Notes: generated by a model from the sequence alone, not told the origin. 64,000 nucleotides of DNA from Lysobacterales bacterium (GCA_050250665.1 JBFWOF010000019.1:10455-74454), one strand, 5' to 3'. Positions 15,284 through 24,276 are shown, counted from the stretch's first letter. Made by a program: numbers and translations.

Positions 15284-18200
15284 CTACTGACACACACTCT
15301 GGGTCGGCCCGGCATAGAGCAGGCGTTCGATGCTCTTCTGCTGGCTTACACCGTCCAGGGTGTAATTGAAGGTGGCGTGCTCGCCGTCGACAAACCGCAG
15401 CGTGGCGCTGCCAACCTCGGGCACCGGGAAGCTGGTGGCGGCGCTGCCGTTGATCTGCAGGAAGGGCGTTCCGGCGTTGGGGCGATTGAGGGCACCGGCA
15501 AAACTGCCGTCGGCCTGTTTCTGCAGCACCGCGGTCAGCCACATTGGCTGGCGGTCGGCGGCGTAGGTGTACCAGGCCACGAAGATCAGATTGCCGGCCT
15601 CGGTCAGGTGCATGCCCCAGCCCGATTCGCTGGCGTTCCACCACAGATCGGTACGATTGCCGGCATCGGCGCGGCTGCCTTGTACAAACTGGCACGCGGG
15701 AATCGGACCCGGCGCCACCCGCCCGACCGTCTTGCTCTGGCTGACCCCGTCCACGGTGTAGTCGAAACGCAGACGGTCGTCAGCCTGTGGTGTGAAGCGG
15801 GCTGTGCCCACCAGCGTGCCCGGATCATTCGCCGGTACTCCGCTGATCTGTGCGAAGGGTGTGCCGGTAAAGCGATAGACCTCGCCGGTATAGCTGCCGT
15901 CGCTCTGCAGGGCCGCCCCGGAGATCAGCATCCACGCCGGGCGACCATTGCCATCGTAGGTGTACCAGGCCGGCGCCAGCACCGTGCCCTGGTGGGCCAT
16001 GCTCAGGCCCCAGCCGTCTTCACCGGCGGCGGTCCACAGGCCGGTGAGATTGGGCTGTCCGAGCGCCCGCGGCAGCGGCCATACCCAGGCTCCCCGTGAG
16101 CGTGTGAACACCGCCAGCGTGGTGAAGCCGCGGTCGATGGCCATGTCCCAGATCATCACCCGCGGCAGCCCGCGGAACAGGCGCCAGATCGGCTGCGGCG
16201 CTTCCACGTTATCGGTGTAGTACAGGCCCCAGTCGCTGCCGGCGAAGACCTGGGTCGGAATCCACGGGTTCACCATGACCGTGTTGACCGGCACATCCGG
16301 CAGATTGCCGCTGACATCGCGCCAGCTGAAGCTGCTGCAATCGGCGTTGCAGCGCACCTGGTAGACATGTCCGGGCGTGGCCGGGGTATTGGCGCCAAAG
16401 CCGGCCACCGCGGCATAGCCGATGGTGGGCGTCTGCGGATCGGTGGCCACACCGAGGATCGGCCGGTTCGGCAACACCGTATTGCCGCCGGTGACATCAC
16501 GCCAGCTGGCGAAGCCGGTGCCCAGGCCAAATCCGAACCAGACATTGCCATCCAGCGTGCCGACCATGGCCACGCGCCGACTGGGCACGGAGAAACGGAT
16601 GGACTGGATCACCGAGCGGTTGTCGCTGCCGACGATGAGATTGTTCTTGGTCAGATCCGGACTGATTGGCACCCAGCGCGCGCTGGCGGTGGCGCCGCTG
16701 GCGCCGTTGGTGCTTTCCCAGACCCGGTAGGTGCCGGCAATCAGATGGTTGCAGCCCTGAAAGTTGTCACAGCCGCTGTCGACGACGTTGACATCGCCGT
16801 ATTTGTACAGATCGAAGGGCATCAGGAAGCTCTTGCGATCGCCGCCCTCTTCGCCCGGCGACCACGGCCCGTTGGCGTTCTGTTCCGGGGCATTGGCACC
16901 GTTGGTGCTGGCGACGATATTGCCGCGCTGGCTGGACATGTAGACGCGCTGGCCGAACACCGGCTCGATTCGGGTGGTGATGCCATCACCGCCGTAGATG
17001 TGCTGCCAGATGCCGGGTTCAGCCTGGCCGCCGAACTGGATCAGCGCCGAGGTGCCGTTGTCCTGGGCGCCGCCGACGACCACGCGCGGATTGGCGGTAT
17101 CGAAGTTGGCGATGAGGTCGCCGGAATAGAACTCGATGGTGTTGAGGCTGTTGTTGAGGTGGACAAAAGTCGGCGTCGGCAGTGAGGCATTGGCGCTGTA
17201 ATAGACGCCACCATCGTTGCCGATCAGCAGCCGATCGGGATCACCCCCGACGAAGGCACGGGCGTGCTGATCGATGTGGACCACCGCTTCGTTGTTGTTG
17301 CACAGCAGATTGATGAAGCTGTTGGCGCCATCGATGGAGCGATAGGTCCACCAGGCGCTCAGCACCACATCGTCGACATTGGCCGGGGAAACGCTGATGC
17401 CGGCGTTGTACCAGTTCTGGGTGCCCGGCGGGCAGCCCTGGAAGTTTTCCGGCACCGCGCGCGGCTGCCAGCTGCTGCCGGCGTCGATGCTGCGCCACAG
17501 GCCGACGATGGCGAAACCCTGCGCGGCAATGGCCTCGGCGTAGAGCACGTTCGGGCTGCCCGGCGCTGCCGCCAGTTCGATGCGGCCGATGCTGCCAAAG
17601 CCGACGCCATTGCCGAGCCCCGCCGGCCAGCCGTTGTCGGCGCGCGAGATCAGTTCCCAGCCCACCGGACAACCGGCCGCCGGCATCGGCGCCCGGTAGA
17701 TGCCGTTGGCGCCATTCATGTCCAGATCCGGCTGCACCGGCGTGGCCGTGCCGCGCGTACCCACCGCAGTGATCAGCGTGGTGTTGCCGCCGAAGTTGAG
17801 CGCCAGCAGACCGGTGATGTCCTGCCGGTGCGGATTGGCGCTGTTCGGGCCATAGGGATTGGTCAGACAGGGTCCGGTCCAGGATTCGCCGGCGTCATAG
17901 GAGAGATACAGGCCAGTCTTGGTGCCGACGATCAGCCGGCTGGACTGGTTCGGATCGACCACCACCTTGCCCACTGCCTGATATTGCGGAAAGGCCGAAA
18001 GACTGGGCGGGTAATTGGGCACGAACTGCTCGCGCCCCAGCACCCGCCAGCTGTTGCCGCCGTCGCTGCTCTTGAGGACACCAGCCGAGCCGAAGGACCA
18101 GGAGCCAAAGCGCAGATCGCCGGTGCCGGCATAGATCACATCCGGGTTGTTGGGGTCGATCTCCAGATCGCCGATGGCGATCGACTGGATTTCGGGTGAG

Positions 18201-18676
18201 TCGGTGACCGGCACAAAGGTGGTCGCCGCGCTGCAGCAGTTGTCGCTGCGCCAGACACCGCCACCATCGCTGGCAATGAAAGCGCGGTAGGAATTCGGAT
18301 CACCGGCGATCAGCGGTTGCGCCGAGACCACGATGTCGTTGACCCGGCCCGAATTGTTGTCCAGACCGTTCTGGATGGGCTGCGGCCCCAGCGGCGTGAA
18401 CGCATCCGGATTCAGCGAAGTGCCGGCTTTAAGGTGCGAGAACTGGCCAAAGGGCAGATCGGACGCCACCTTGGCATCGCTGGCGCGCGCCGCCTCCAGC
18501 CAGCGCGGATCAAAGCGCCCGGTGGGATAGCTGTAGACCGTGGCCATGAATTCGCCGATGGGCACCGCGTCCGGGTCCTTGATCGGCGCCGGCGCCGGGC
18601 TGTCATCGAGCCTGGGCGTACTCGCGCAGGCGCCCAGCAGCAAGGCCAGCAGAGGCAACAAACAACGACCGGACAT
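15284..18676 (-). CDS. large BNR/Asp-box repeat lipoprotein (sialidase/xyloglucanase-like beta-propeller) with two tandem C-terminal ~125-aa modules
   Basis: Lipoprotein signal MSGRCLLPLLALLLGAC. Asp-box motifs SDGGGVWRS, SSDGGNSWRV, SYDAGESWTG, SIDAGSSWQP. C-terminal duplicated module with GLWTAAGEDGWGLSMAHQG / DLWWNASESGWGMHLTEAG. The ORF opens at 18715. Confidence 0.85.
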   Translation of the reverse strand: MSGRCLLPLLALLLGACASTPRLDDSPAPAPIKDPDAVPIGEFMATVYSYPTGRFDPRWLEAARASDAKVASDLPFGQFSHLKAGTSLNPDAFTPLGPQPIQNGLDNNSGRVNDIVVSAQPLIAGDPNSYRAFIASDGGGVWRSDNCCSAATTFVPVTDSPEIQSIAIGDLEIDPNNPDVIYAGTGDLRFGSWSFGSAGVLKSSDGGNSWRVLGREQFVPNYPPSLSAFPQYQAVGKVVVDPNQSSRLIVGTKTGLYLSYDAGESWTGPCLTNPYGPNSANPHRQDITGLLALNFGGNTTLITAVGTRGTATPVQPDLDMNGANGIYRAPMPAAGCPVGWELISRADNGWPAGLGNGVGFGSIGRIELAAAPGSPNVLYAEAIAAQGFAIVGLWRSIDAGSSWQPRAVPENFQGCPPGTQNWYNAGISVSPANVDDVVLSAWWTYRSIDGANSFINLLCNNNEAVVHIDQHARAFVGGDPDRLLIGNDGGVYYSANASLPTPTFVHLNNSLNTIEFYSGDLIANFDTANPRVVVGGAQDNGTSALIQFGGQAEPGIWQHIYGGDGITTRIEPVFGQRVYMSSQRGNIVASTNGANAPEQNANGPWSPGEEGGDRKSFLMPFDLYKYGDVNVVDSGCDNFQGCNHLIAGTYRVWESTNGASGATASARWVPISPDLTKNNLIVGSDNRSVIQSIRFSVPSRRVAMVGTLDGNVWFGFGLGTGFASWRDVTGGNTVLPNRPILGVATDPQTPTIGYAAVAGFGANTPATPGHVYQVRCNADCSSFSWRDVSGNLPDVPVNTVMVNPWIPTQVFAGSDWGLYYTDNVEAPQPIWRLFRGLPRVMIWDMAIDRGFTTLAVFTRSRGAWVWPLPRALGQPNLTGLWTAAGEDGWGLSMAHQGTVLAPAWYTYDGNGRPAWMLISGAALQSDGSYTGEVYRFTGTPFAQISGVPANDPGTLVGTARFTPQADDRLRFDYTVDGVSQSKTVGRVAPGPIPACQFVQGSRADAGNRTDLWWNASESGWGMHLTEAGNLIFVAWYTYAADRQPMWLTAVLQKQADGSFAGALNRPNAGTPFLQINGSAATSFPVPEVGSATLRFVDGEHATFNYTLDGVSQQKSIERLLYAGPTQSVCQ

Positions 18677-18756
18677 GCCATCACCTTGAGAATTCGGGTA
18701 GCCCGAGTTTCGCATTGGTGGCGGTGTGGGAAAAGTGTAGTGCTGTGCAACACAGC

Positions 18757-19090
18757 GACCGGCGACGCGACGATCCGGTCCTGAGGCAGATCGTCGTCAG
18801 AAGCAGGACGCAGAGTACGCAAAGGAAAAGCAGAGAGAACGCGGAGAAGAGCGGTGAATTCTCGGGAGACTGGGCTGGATCAGTCACTGCCGACGGGCCG
18901 TGAGATCTTGACCGTAGGAGCGCCCTTGCGGCGCGACCGGCGACGCGATAGTCACGCCCAGCGCTGGAACGGCCCGCCGGGCGCCGCGACCCGGCCTGGT
19001 TCGTCACTGCTGTGGAGGGCGCCGCGCTGCGGCGCCGCTTTGCCTTGCCTGGAGCTCAAAAGCGGCCGCGCAGGCGCGCGGCCCTCCTCA
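18757..19090. repeat. repeat mosaic: F element (18757-18860, inverted), half REP-A (18914-18938), B palindrome (19012-19090)
   Basis: Sequence identity with 11750-11850 (F) and with 3041, 6299 and 11441 (B). GTAGGAGCGCCCTTGCGGCGCGACC is the REP-A arm. Confidence 0.85.
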
Positions 19091-19210
19091 AAGCCGCTCG
19101 GACGCATCACCGAACCGCGACCCATTGCGAATCGCCCAAACGCCGCTTCCCGCACGACTTCTGATCCTGCGAACATGCGCTGCCGTGATAAACACCGAAT
19201 ACCGACTCTG

Positions 19211-19711
19211 ATGGCCGAGTCCCGAGTGCACAGCTTCCCGCCGCTGCTGGGCCAGAGGCCGCGGCTGCTGATCCTGGGCAGCATGCCCGGGGTGGCTTCG
19301 CTGGCGGCGCAGCAGTACTACGCGCACCCGCGCAATGCCTTCTGGCCCATTCTGTGCAGCTGGTGCGGCATCGCTGCCGAGTTGCCTTATCGACACCGGG
19401 TCGAGGCCTTGCTGCAGGCAGGCATTGCGGTCTGGGACGTGCTCGCGCACTGCCAGCGCCCGGGCAGTCTGGATTCGGCCATCGATCTGACAACCGCGCA
19501 GCCCAATGCCATCGCCGAACTCCTGCAGGAACAGCCGGGCATCATCCGGATCTGTTTCAACGGCGCCGCCGCCGCCGATCTCTATCGCCGCCACCGCTTG
19601 CCCGCTGCGCCGCCGCTGCAGCTGATCCGACTGCCGTCCACCAGTCCGGCCCATGCCGGCATGGCGCTGGCAGAAAAGGCCCGGGAATGGCATCAGGCGC
19701 TGGCGGGGTGA
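19211..19711 (+). CDS. DNA-deoxyinosine (hypoxanthine) glycosylase, UDG family 6-like
   Basis: 166 aa from ATG 19211. RLLILGSMPGVASLAAQQYYAHPRNAFW and LPSTSPA motifs. The upstream part of the 285-aa track ORF is translated repeat DNA. Confidence 0.78.
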   Translation: MAESRVHSFPPLLGQRPRLLILGSMPGVASLAAQQYYAHPRNAFWPILCSWCGIAAELPYRHRVEALLQAGIAVWDVLAHCQRPGSLDSAIDLTTAQPNAIAELLQEQPGIIRICFNGAAAADLYRRHRLPAAPPLQLIRLPSTSPAHAGMALAEKAREWHQALAG

Positions 19712-19722
19712 AGCGAAAGGCA

Positions 19723-19892
19723 GGTTGTTGGTTGTCGGTTGTCGGTTGTTGGAAAGAGCAAAAGCTGTGGTTCTTGTGGTTCCGAACCAGTCCAGGTTTA
19801 CAACAGACTGCACACGCTGTTCTCCGCGGCCTCCGCGCCTCCGCGTGAGCCCGCTCTTACCGGCAACCGACAACCAGCAACCAGCAACCAGC
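19723..19892. repeat. composite element bounded by inverted heptamer arrays
   Basis: Left arm GGTTGTTGGTTGTCGGTTGTCGGTTGTTGG (19723-19752). Right arm CAACCGACAACCAGCAACCAGCAACC (19862-19892). The interior carries the F-type motif TTCTCCGCGGCCTCCGCGCCTCCGCGTGAGCCCGC. Confidence 0.8.
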
Positions 19893-19894
19893 TG

Positions 19895-21376
19895 CTAGTC
19901 GCCGACACCCAGGCGCTTGCGCTCCAGTCGGCGCAGGAATTCGCCCATGATCCGGCGATACAGGTCCTGGCCTAGATAGGCGTCTTCGACGCCCCAGTCG
20001 ATGTTGGGGTTGTCATTGACCTCGATGATGACGATGCGGTCGCCGACCTGCTTGAGATCGACGCCGTAGAGGCCGTCACCAATGGCCTGAGTGGCGCGCA
20101 GCGCCAGCTTCACCACTTCGCTGGGTACTTCGCGCACCGGCAGGGTCTTGAAGCTGCCGGTACGGGCCTCGCCCTTGGCCGAGTGGTTGTAGATCTGCCA
20201 GTGGCCACGCGACATGAAGTACTGGCAGGCAAAGATGGCCTCTCGATTGAGCACGCCGATGCGCCAGTCGAAATCGGTGGGCATGTATTCCTGCGCCAGC
20301 ACCAGCGCTGACTGCTGGAACAGCTCGTCCGAGGCACGCTTCAGGGATTCCGGATCGGTGGCCTTGACCACACCGCGCGAGAAGGAGCCATCGGGCACCT
20401 TGAGGACGATCGGGAAACCGAGCACGTCACCCAGTTCGGCAATGCGCTTGGCCTCGTCGCGGAACAGGATTTCTGTGCGCGGCGTGGGCAGCTTGCGGCT
20501 TTTCAGCAGATCCGACAGGAAGATCTTGTTGGTGCAGCGCAGGATCGAGGTGGGATCGTCGATCACCACCATGTCTTCCTTCTCGGCCTTGTTGGCAAAG
20601 CGGTAGGTGTGGTGGTCGAGCGCGGTCGTCTCGCGGATGAACAGGGCGTCGTATTCGGCCAGTCGGGCGTAATCGTCGCGCTCGATCGGATCGACCTCGA
20701 TACCGAGCTCCTTGCCGGCAGCCACGAAGGCCTTCAGCGCCTTCTTGTTGGACGGCGGGAACTGCTCGGCCGGATCCTGAAGCATGGCAATGTCGTAGCG
20801 ATACTTCTTCGGCGTGCGCTTGCTGCGCCAGAGCTTGGTGCTGAAGCGGTTCAGCGCCTCGGCGAAGGCGTCTTCCTGGGCGTCGCTGAGCGTGTGCATG
20901 CCTGCCGGCTTGACCGCATTGATCTGCCAGACACTGTCGCGCTCGAATTCGATCCGCAGGATCGGACAGGGGAAGGCCTCGAACACCTGCCGGGCCAGGT
21001 CCTTGAGCGGCTCCGAAGCGGTTTCGCCGAAGTACACCAGGATGCCGAAATCGGTGGTGTCGCGATCCTGTGCCAGCGAGCGCGAGAGCTTGGAATTGAG
21101 ATCTTCGATATCCAGGCCATAGAGCGAGCGCCGGCGCAGATCATTGATCGCGCGCACTGAGGGAATCACCTTGTGCCCGCGGGCCTCGGCCAGCAGGGAG
21201 ACGTAGTAGCCCGCGCCCAGATACTTGTAGCTGCGGCACAGATTGATCACCTGCGTGCGCTCCTCGTCGGGCCGGATCGGCTCCTTCAAGTAGTCCATCG
21301 CGGTAACCACATTGTCCGAGGGGTGATAGCTACCCCAGTCGGAGGCTTTCTCGACAACGATGACCAGGCGACTCAT
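19895..21376 (-). CDS. RimK-family ATP-grasp ligase with N-terminal RimK-like accessory domain
   Basis: About 493 aa from ATG 21376 (MSRLVIVVEKASDW). ATP-grasp region GFPIVLKVPDGSFSRGV...LAQEYMPTDFDWRIGVL...GLYGVDLKQVGDRIVIIEVNDNP. Confidence 0.85.
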   Translation of the reverse strand: MSRLVIVVEKASDWGSYHPSDNVVTAMDYLKEPIRPDEERTQVINLCRSYKYLGAGYYVSLLAEARGHKVIPSVRAINDLRRRSLYGLDIEDLNSKLSRSLAQDRDTTDFGILVYFGETASEPLKDLARQVFEAFPCPILRIEFERDSVWQINAVKPAGMHTLSDAQEDAFAEALNRFSTKLWRSKRTPKKYRYDIAMLQDPAEQFPPSNKKALKAFVAAGKELGIEVDPIERDDYARLAEYDALFIRETTALDHHTYRFANKAEKEDMVVIDDPTSILRCTNKIFLSDLLKSRKLPTPRTEILFRDEAKRIAELGDVLGFPIVLKVPDGSFSRGVVKATDPESLKRASDELFQQSALVLAQEYMPTDFDWRIGVLNREAIFACQYFMSRGHWQIYNHSAKGEARTGSFKTLPVREVPSEVVKLALRATQAIGDGLYGVDLKQVGDRIVIIEVNDNPNIDWGVEDAYLGQDLYRRIMGEFLRRLERKRLGVGD

Positions 21377-21429
21377 GTGGTCCTGAACCTGCGCACTCGC
21401 AGTAGCCGCGACGCGGCCATGCGGAGGGC

Positions 21430-22104
21430 TTGGGGCGACGGCAACCGGCCGTCGCGGTGGCGCCGACTGGCAGTCATCGGGGCGCGCGGCGCATAGTCTG
21501 GCACAGGATTCATGGACGGAAACAGCAAGTGAGCACACACCTGTTCAGCCGCCGGGGAGCATCTGCGCGGCGCCCGGCGGGCACCGGCAAACGCAGTCCC
21601 AAGCGCGCGCCGGGACTGCGTCTGCGGCGCGCCAGCGTCGGCGATGTGGACGCCCTGGATGCGCTGGAGCAAGCCGTGTTCAGCGGTGATCGCATGCGCC
21701 GGCGCCAGTTCCTGCATCACCTGCAGGCTCAAAGCAGCGATCTGATCGTGGCCGTGAGTGAGCAGCAACTGCTCGGCTACGCGCTGTTGCTGCGCCGTCG
21801 CGGCATCCGCAGCTGCCGCGTCTATTCGATCGCCGTATCCTCCGCCGCTCGCGGTCAGGGTTTGGGCGCCTTGCTGCTGCAGCGACTGGAGCGCATAGCC
21901 CGGGCCAATGGCCTCGGCGAGATCCGCCTGGAAGTGCGCCAGGACAACACCACCGCCCTGGCCCTGTACGAAAGCCGCGGCTACCGCCGCTTCGGCGCCC
22001 ACAGCAACTACTACGAAGACGGCGCCGACGCCTGGCGCCTTTCCAAGTCCCTGCTGCCCAAGCCGCGCCGGCGCAGCAGCCGCAGCGGCCCCGGTGCCGC
22101 CTAG
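21430..22104 (+). CDS. GNAT family N-acetyltransferase (RimI-like)
   Basis: LRLRRASVGDVDALDALEQAVF, acetyl-CoA motif VYSIAVSSAARGQGLGALLLQRLE, and ALALYESRGYR. The start is uncertain: ATG 21430 or in-frame GTG 21529. The C-terminal tail runs into the REP array. Confidence 0.8.
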   Translation: MGRRQPAVAVAPTGSHRGARRIVWHRIHGRKQQVSTHLFSRRGASARRPAGTGKRSPKRAPGLRLRRASVGDVDALDALEQAVFSGDRMRRRQFLHHLQAQSSDLIVAVSEQQLLGYALLLRRRGIRSCRVYSIAVSSAARGQGLGALLLQRLERIARANGLGEIRLEVRQDNTTALALYESRGYRRFGAHSNYYEDGADAWRLSKSLLPKPRRRSSRSGPGAA

Positions 22105-22263
22105 GAGCGCCTTCACGGCGCGACCGGCGACGCCGCGGGATGTCGCCCCGGGTCGCGACGCAAGGTCGCTCCTACAACAGACGGGGCTTCTCGTTGGAGC
22201 GCCTTCACGGCGCGACCGGCGACGCCGCGGGACGTCACCCCCTGGTCGCGACGCAAGGTCGCT
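22101..22263. repeat. REPIN array, 2 units (family A), last arm truncated at the RAYT stop codon
   Basis: (C/G)TAGGAGCGCCTTCACGGCGCGACC...GGTCGCGACGCAAGGTCGCTCCTAC, twice. The final GGTCGCGACGCAAGGTCGCT ends at 22263 and overlaps the stop codon (22262-22264). Confidence 0.9.
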
Positions 22264-22837
22264 ATGGCGGTGCAAACGGCAGTTCGCCTTCAATGTCCGT
22301 CAAAAGCGTCCCGCCACGCCACGGCCACTGCTCCATCCTCCGCACGAGTCCCGCACGTACCGGATTGGCGAGAATGTATCGGCCCACGTCCAGGATGCAC
22401 TCCTCCGTTCGCAGGGAATGATCATGGAAGGCTCTCTGCCAGATCCGCTTGCGCAGATCCGACGGGAATGCCCGGGTCGTCAGCCCTTTTAGCCGGGCGA
22501 TGACGCGCCCAAGCGGCTCTCGGCCATTGAGTTCCACGAGCCCGTGCCAGTGGTCCGGCATCAACACCCAGGCCAGCGGGATGGCACCAGACCAAGATCC
22601 ATCCAGCGCCAATACTTCGCCGGCCTTCGATGCATAGGCCGGTTCGGCGAACCAAGGGTACCGCTGCATCGTGCAGAAGGTCAGCAGATAGACCTGATTG
22701 GGCAGAGATACGCGGCCTTGGCGGAGGGCGCGGTGGCCTTTTGTTGGAGTCGTACGGTCCATGGCGCCAGTCTTGCTCGCGGCGGAGCGGGCGGTCTGCA
22801 CAAGATCGCCGATTCGGTGGTAGGAAATTTCCGACAT
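22262..22837 (-). CDS. REP-associated tyrosine transposase (RAYT, IS200/Y1 HUH family)
   Basis: HUH motif in VLMPDHWHGLVEL. Catalytic-Tyr helix VGRYILANPVRAGLV. Also NQVYLLTFCT and WQRAFHDHSLR. ATG at 22837 (191 aa) or 22762 (166 aa). The rest of the 317-aa track ORF is translated REP array. Confidence 0.85.
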   Translation of the reverse strand: MSEISYHRIGDLVQTARSAASKTGAMDRTTPTKGHRALRQGRVSLPNQVYLLTFCTMQRYPWFAEPAYASKAGEVLALDGSWSGAIPLAWVLMPDHWHGLVELNGREPLGRVIARLKGLTTRAFPSDLRKRIWQRAFHDHSLRTEECILDVGRYILANPVRAGLVRRMEQWPWRGGTLLTDIEGELPFAPP

Positions 22838-22850
22838 GCTCGGGGTTGGC

Positions 22851-23610
22851 GGTCGCGACGCAAGGTCGCTCCTACAGCAGACCCGGCTTTTCGCAGGATC
22901 GCCTTCACGGCGCGACCGGCGATGCCGCCAGACACCACCCCTCGGTCGCGACGCAAGGTCGCTCCTACAACAGACGGGGCTTCTCGTAGGAGCGCCTTCA
23001 CGGCGCGACCGGCGATGCCGCCAGACACCACCCCTCGGTCGCGACGCAAGGTCGCTCCTACAACAGACGGGGCTTCTCGCAGGAGCGCCTTCACGGTGCG
23101 ACCGGCGATGCCGCGAGACATCACCCTGGTCGCGACGCAAGGTCGCTCCTACAACAGACGGGGCTTCTCGTAGGAGCGCCTTCACGGCGCGACCGGCGAC
23201 GCCGCCAGACATCACCCCCGGTCGCGACGCGAGGTCGCTCCTACAGCAGACGGGGCTTCTCGTAGGAGCGCCTTCACGGCGCGACCGGCGACGCCGCCAG
23301 ACGTCACCCCTGGTCGCGACGCAAGGTCGCTCCTACAGCAGACGGGGCTTCTCGGAGGAGCGCCTTCACGGCGCGACCGGCGACGCCGCCAGACATCACC
23401 CCTGGTCGCGACGCAAGGTCGCTCCTACAGCAGGGGCAGCTTCTCGCAGGCGCGCCTTCACGGCGCGACCGGCGACGCCGCCAGACATCACCCCTGGTCG
23501 CGACGCAAGGTCGCTCCTACAGCAGGGGCAGCTTCTCGTAGGAGCGCCTTCACGGCGCGACCGGCGACGCCGCGGGACATCACCCCCGGTCACGACGCAA
23601 GGTCGCTACA
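22851..23610. repeat. REPIN tandem array, about 8.5 units, period about 92 bp (family A)
   Basis: Nine copies of GGTCGCGACGC(A/G)AGGTCGCTCCTAC alternate with eight copies of (GT)AGGAGCGCCTTCACGGCGCGACC. The linkers are also conserved. Confidence 0.95.
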
Positions 23611-23692
23611 AGAAGCTGATCTTCCTCTGCCCCGGGGACTCCCGCTGCACATCTGCGGGCGTAGTCTTTGCTCGCGCGAATGGGGGAGAGCG

Positions 23693-24094
23693 ATGATGCG
23701 ATTCGACAAGGCCGGCTTGCTGGTGGGTGGTTTGGGTTTTCTGGGCTTCGGCCTGCTGATGTCGGTGGCGCCGCAGGCGGCGATGGCCAGCCTTGGTCTG
23801 ACGGTGCCTGATGGCGTACCGACGACCGAGATCCGGGCTTTCTACGGCGGTCTGGAACTGGCGCTGGGTGGCTTGCTGCTGGCGGCCATGGTGCAGCCGG
23901 CCTATCGTCGGGCGGGTTTGTGGCTGGGTTGCATCAGCTATGGCGCGGTCGCGGCGACGCGGGCGCTGGGCATGCTCATCGACGGCAGTGGTGGTGGCTT
24001 CCTGCTCGGCGCGCTGGCGGTGGAAGCGGCATTGGCGCTGTGGTTTGCCCTGGCGCTGCGCGTCTCTGCGCGGGCGACCGGGAACAGCGACTAA
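23693..24094 (+). CDS. DUF4345-like small membrane protein
   Basis: 133 aa, 4 predicted TM helices. IRAFYGGLELALGGLLL motif. Confidence 0.7.
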   Translation: MMRFDKAGLLVGGLGFLGFGLLMSVAPQAAMASLGLTVPDGVPTTEIRAFYGGLELALGGLLLAAMVQPAYRRAGLWLGCISYGAVAATRALGMLIDGSGGGFLLGALAVEAALALWFALALRVSARATGNSD

Positions 24095-24243
24095 CCGCTG
24101 AGCCGCACCACCACGATTGCCAGGATCAGCAGCAGCGCCAGCGCCACGGCCGCCGGCATCAACAAGCCCCAGCGCTCCTTGGGCAGGTTGTCGGGCAGGA
24201 AGCTGCCACGATGACCGGATTTGCGTTCAGGGCTCTGCGACAT
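24091..24243 (-). CDS. hypothetical 50-aa single-pass membrane peptide (not in the ORF track, <60 aa)
   Basis: My own translation: MSQSPERKSGHRGSFLPDNLPKERWGLLMPAAVALALLLILAIVVVRLSG*. GGTGG lies 6 nt upstream of the ATG (24243). Sits 33 nt downstream of the 727-aa gene on the same strand. Confidence 0.35.
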   Translation of the reverse strand: MSQSPERKSGHRGSFLPDNLPKERWGLLMPAAVALALLLILAIVVVRLSG

Positions 24244-24276
24244 GGATGACCACCGTGCTTCGATGAATGGGCTGCA

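Larger units (their letters stand above)
22101..23610. mobile_element. REP-RAYT unit: RAYT gene flanked on both sides by tandem REPIN arrays
   Basis: See the CDS 22262-22837 and the arrays 22101-22263 and 22851-23610. Confidence 0.85.

Noticed and set aside
18854-19210. The N-terminal 119 codons of the 285-aa ORF 18854-19711, which would give an extended form of the glycosylase.
   Set aside because: That region is made of the F, REP-A and B repeat elements (same sequences as 11441-11850). The glycosylase homology starts at ATG 19211.
22851-23610. A regular ~92-bp periodic array that superficially resembles a CRISPR repeat-spacer array.
   Set aside because: The 'spacers' are as conserved as the 'repeats'. 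Each unit is an inverted REP pair (REPIN). The same unit recurs at 22101, 54612 and 1837, and a RAYT gene rather than cas genes is adjacent.
22836-23696. Long ORFs across the REP arrays (22836-23696 +, 22544-23173 +, 22681-23124 -, the N-terminal 125 codons of 22262-23215 -, 21373-22293 -, and 54701-55123 on both strands).
   Set aside because: Their peptide sequences are periodic translations of the repeat unit (…GATLRRD…, …SRREGAPTRSPVCCRSDLASRP…). They have no start context and read equally well in several frames and on both strands.
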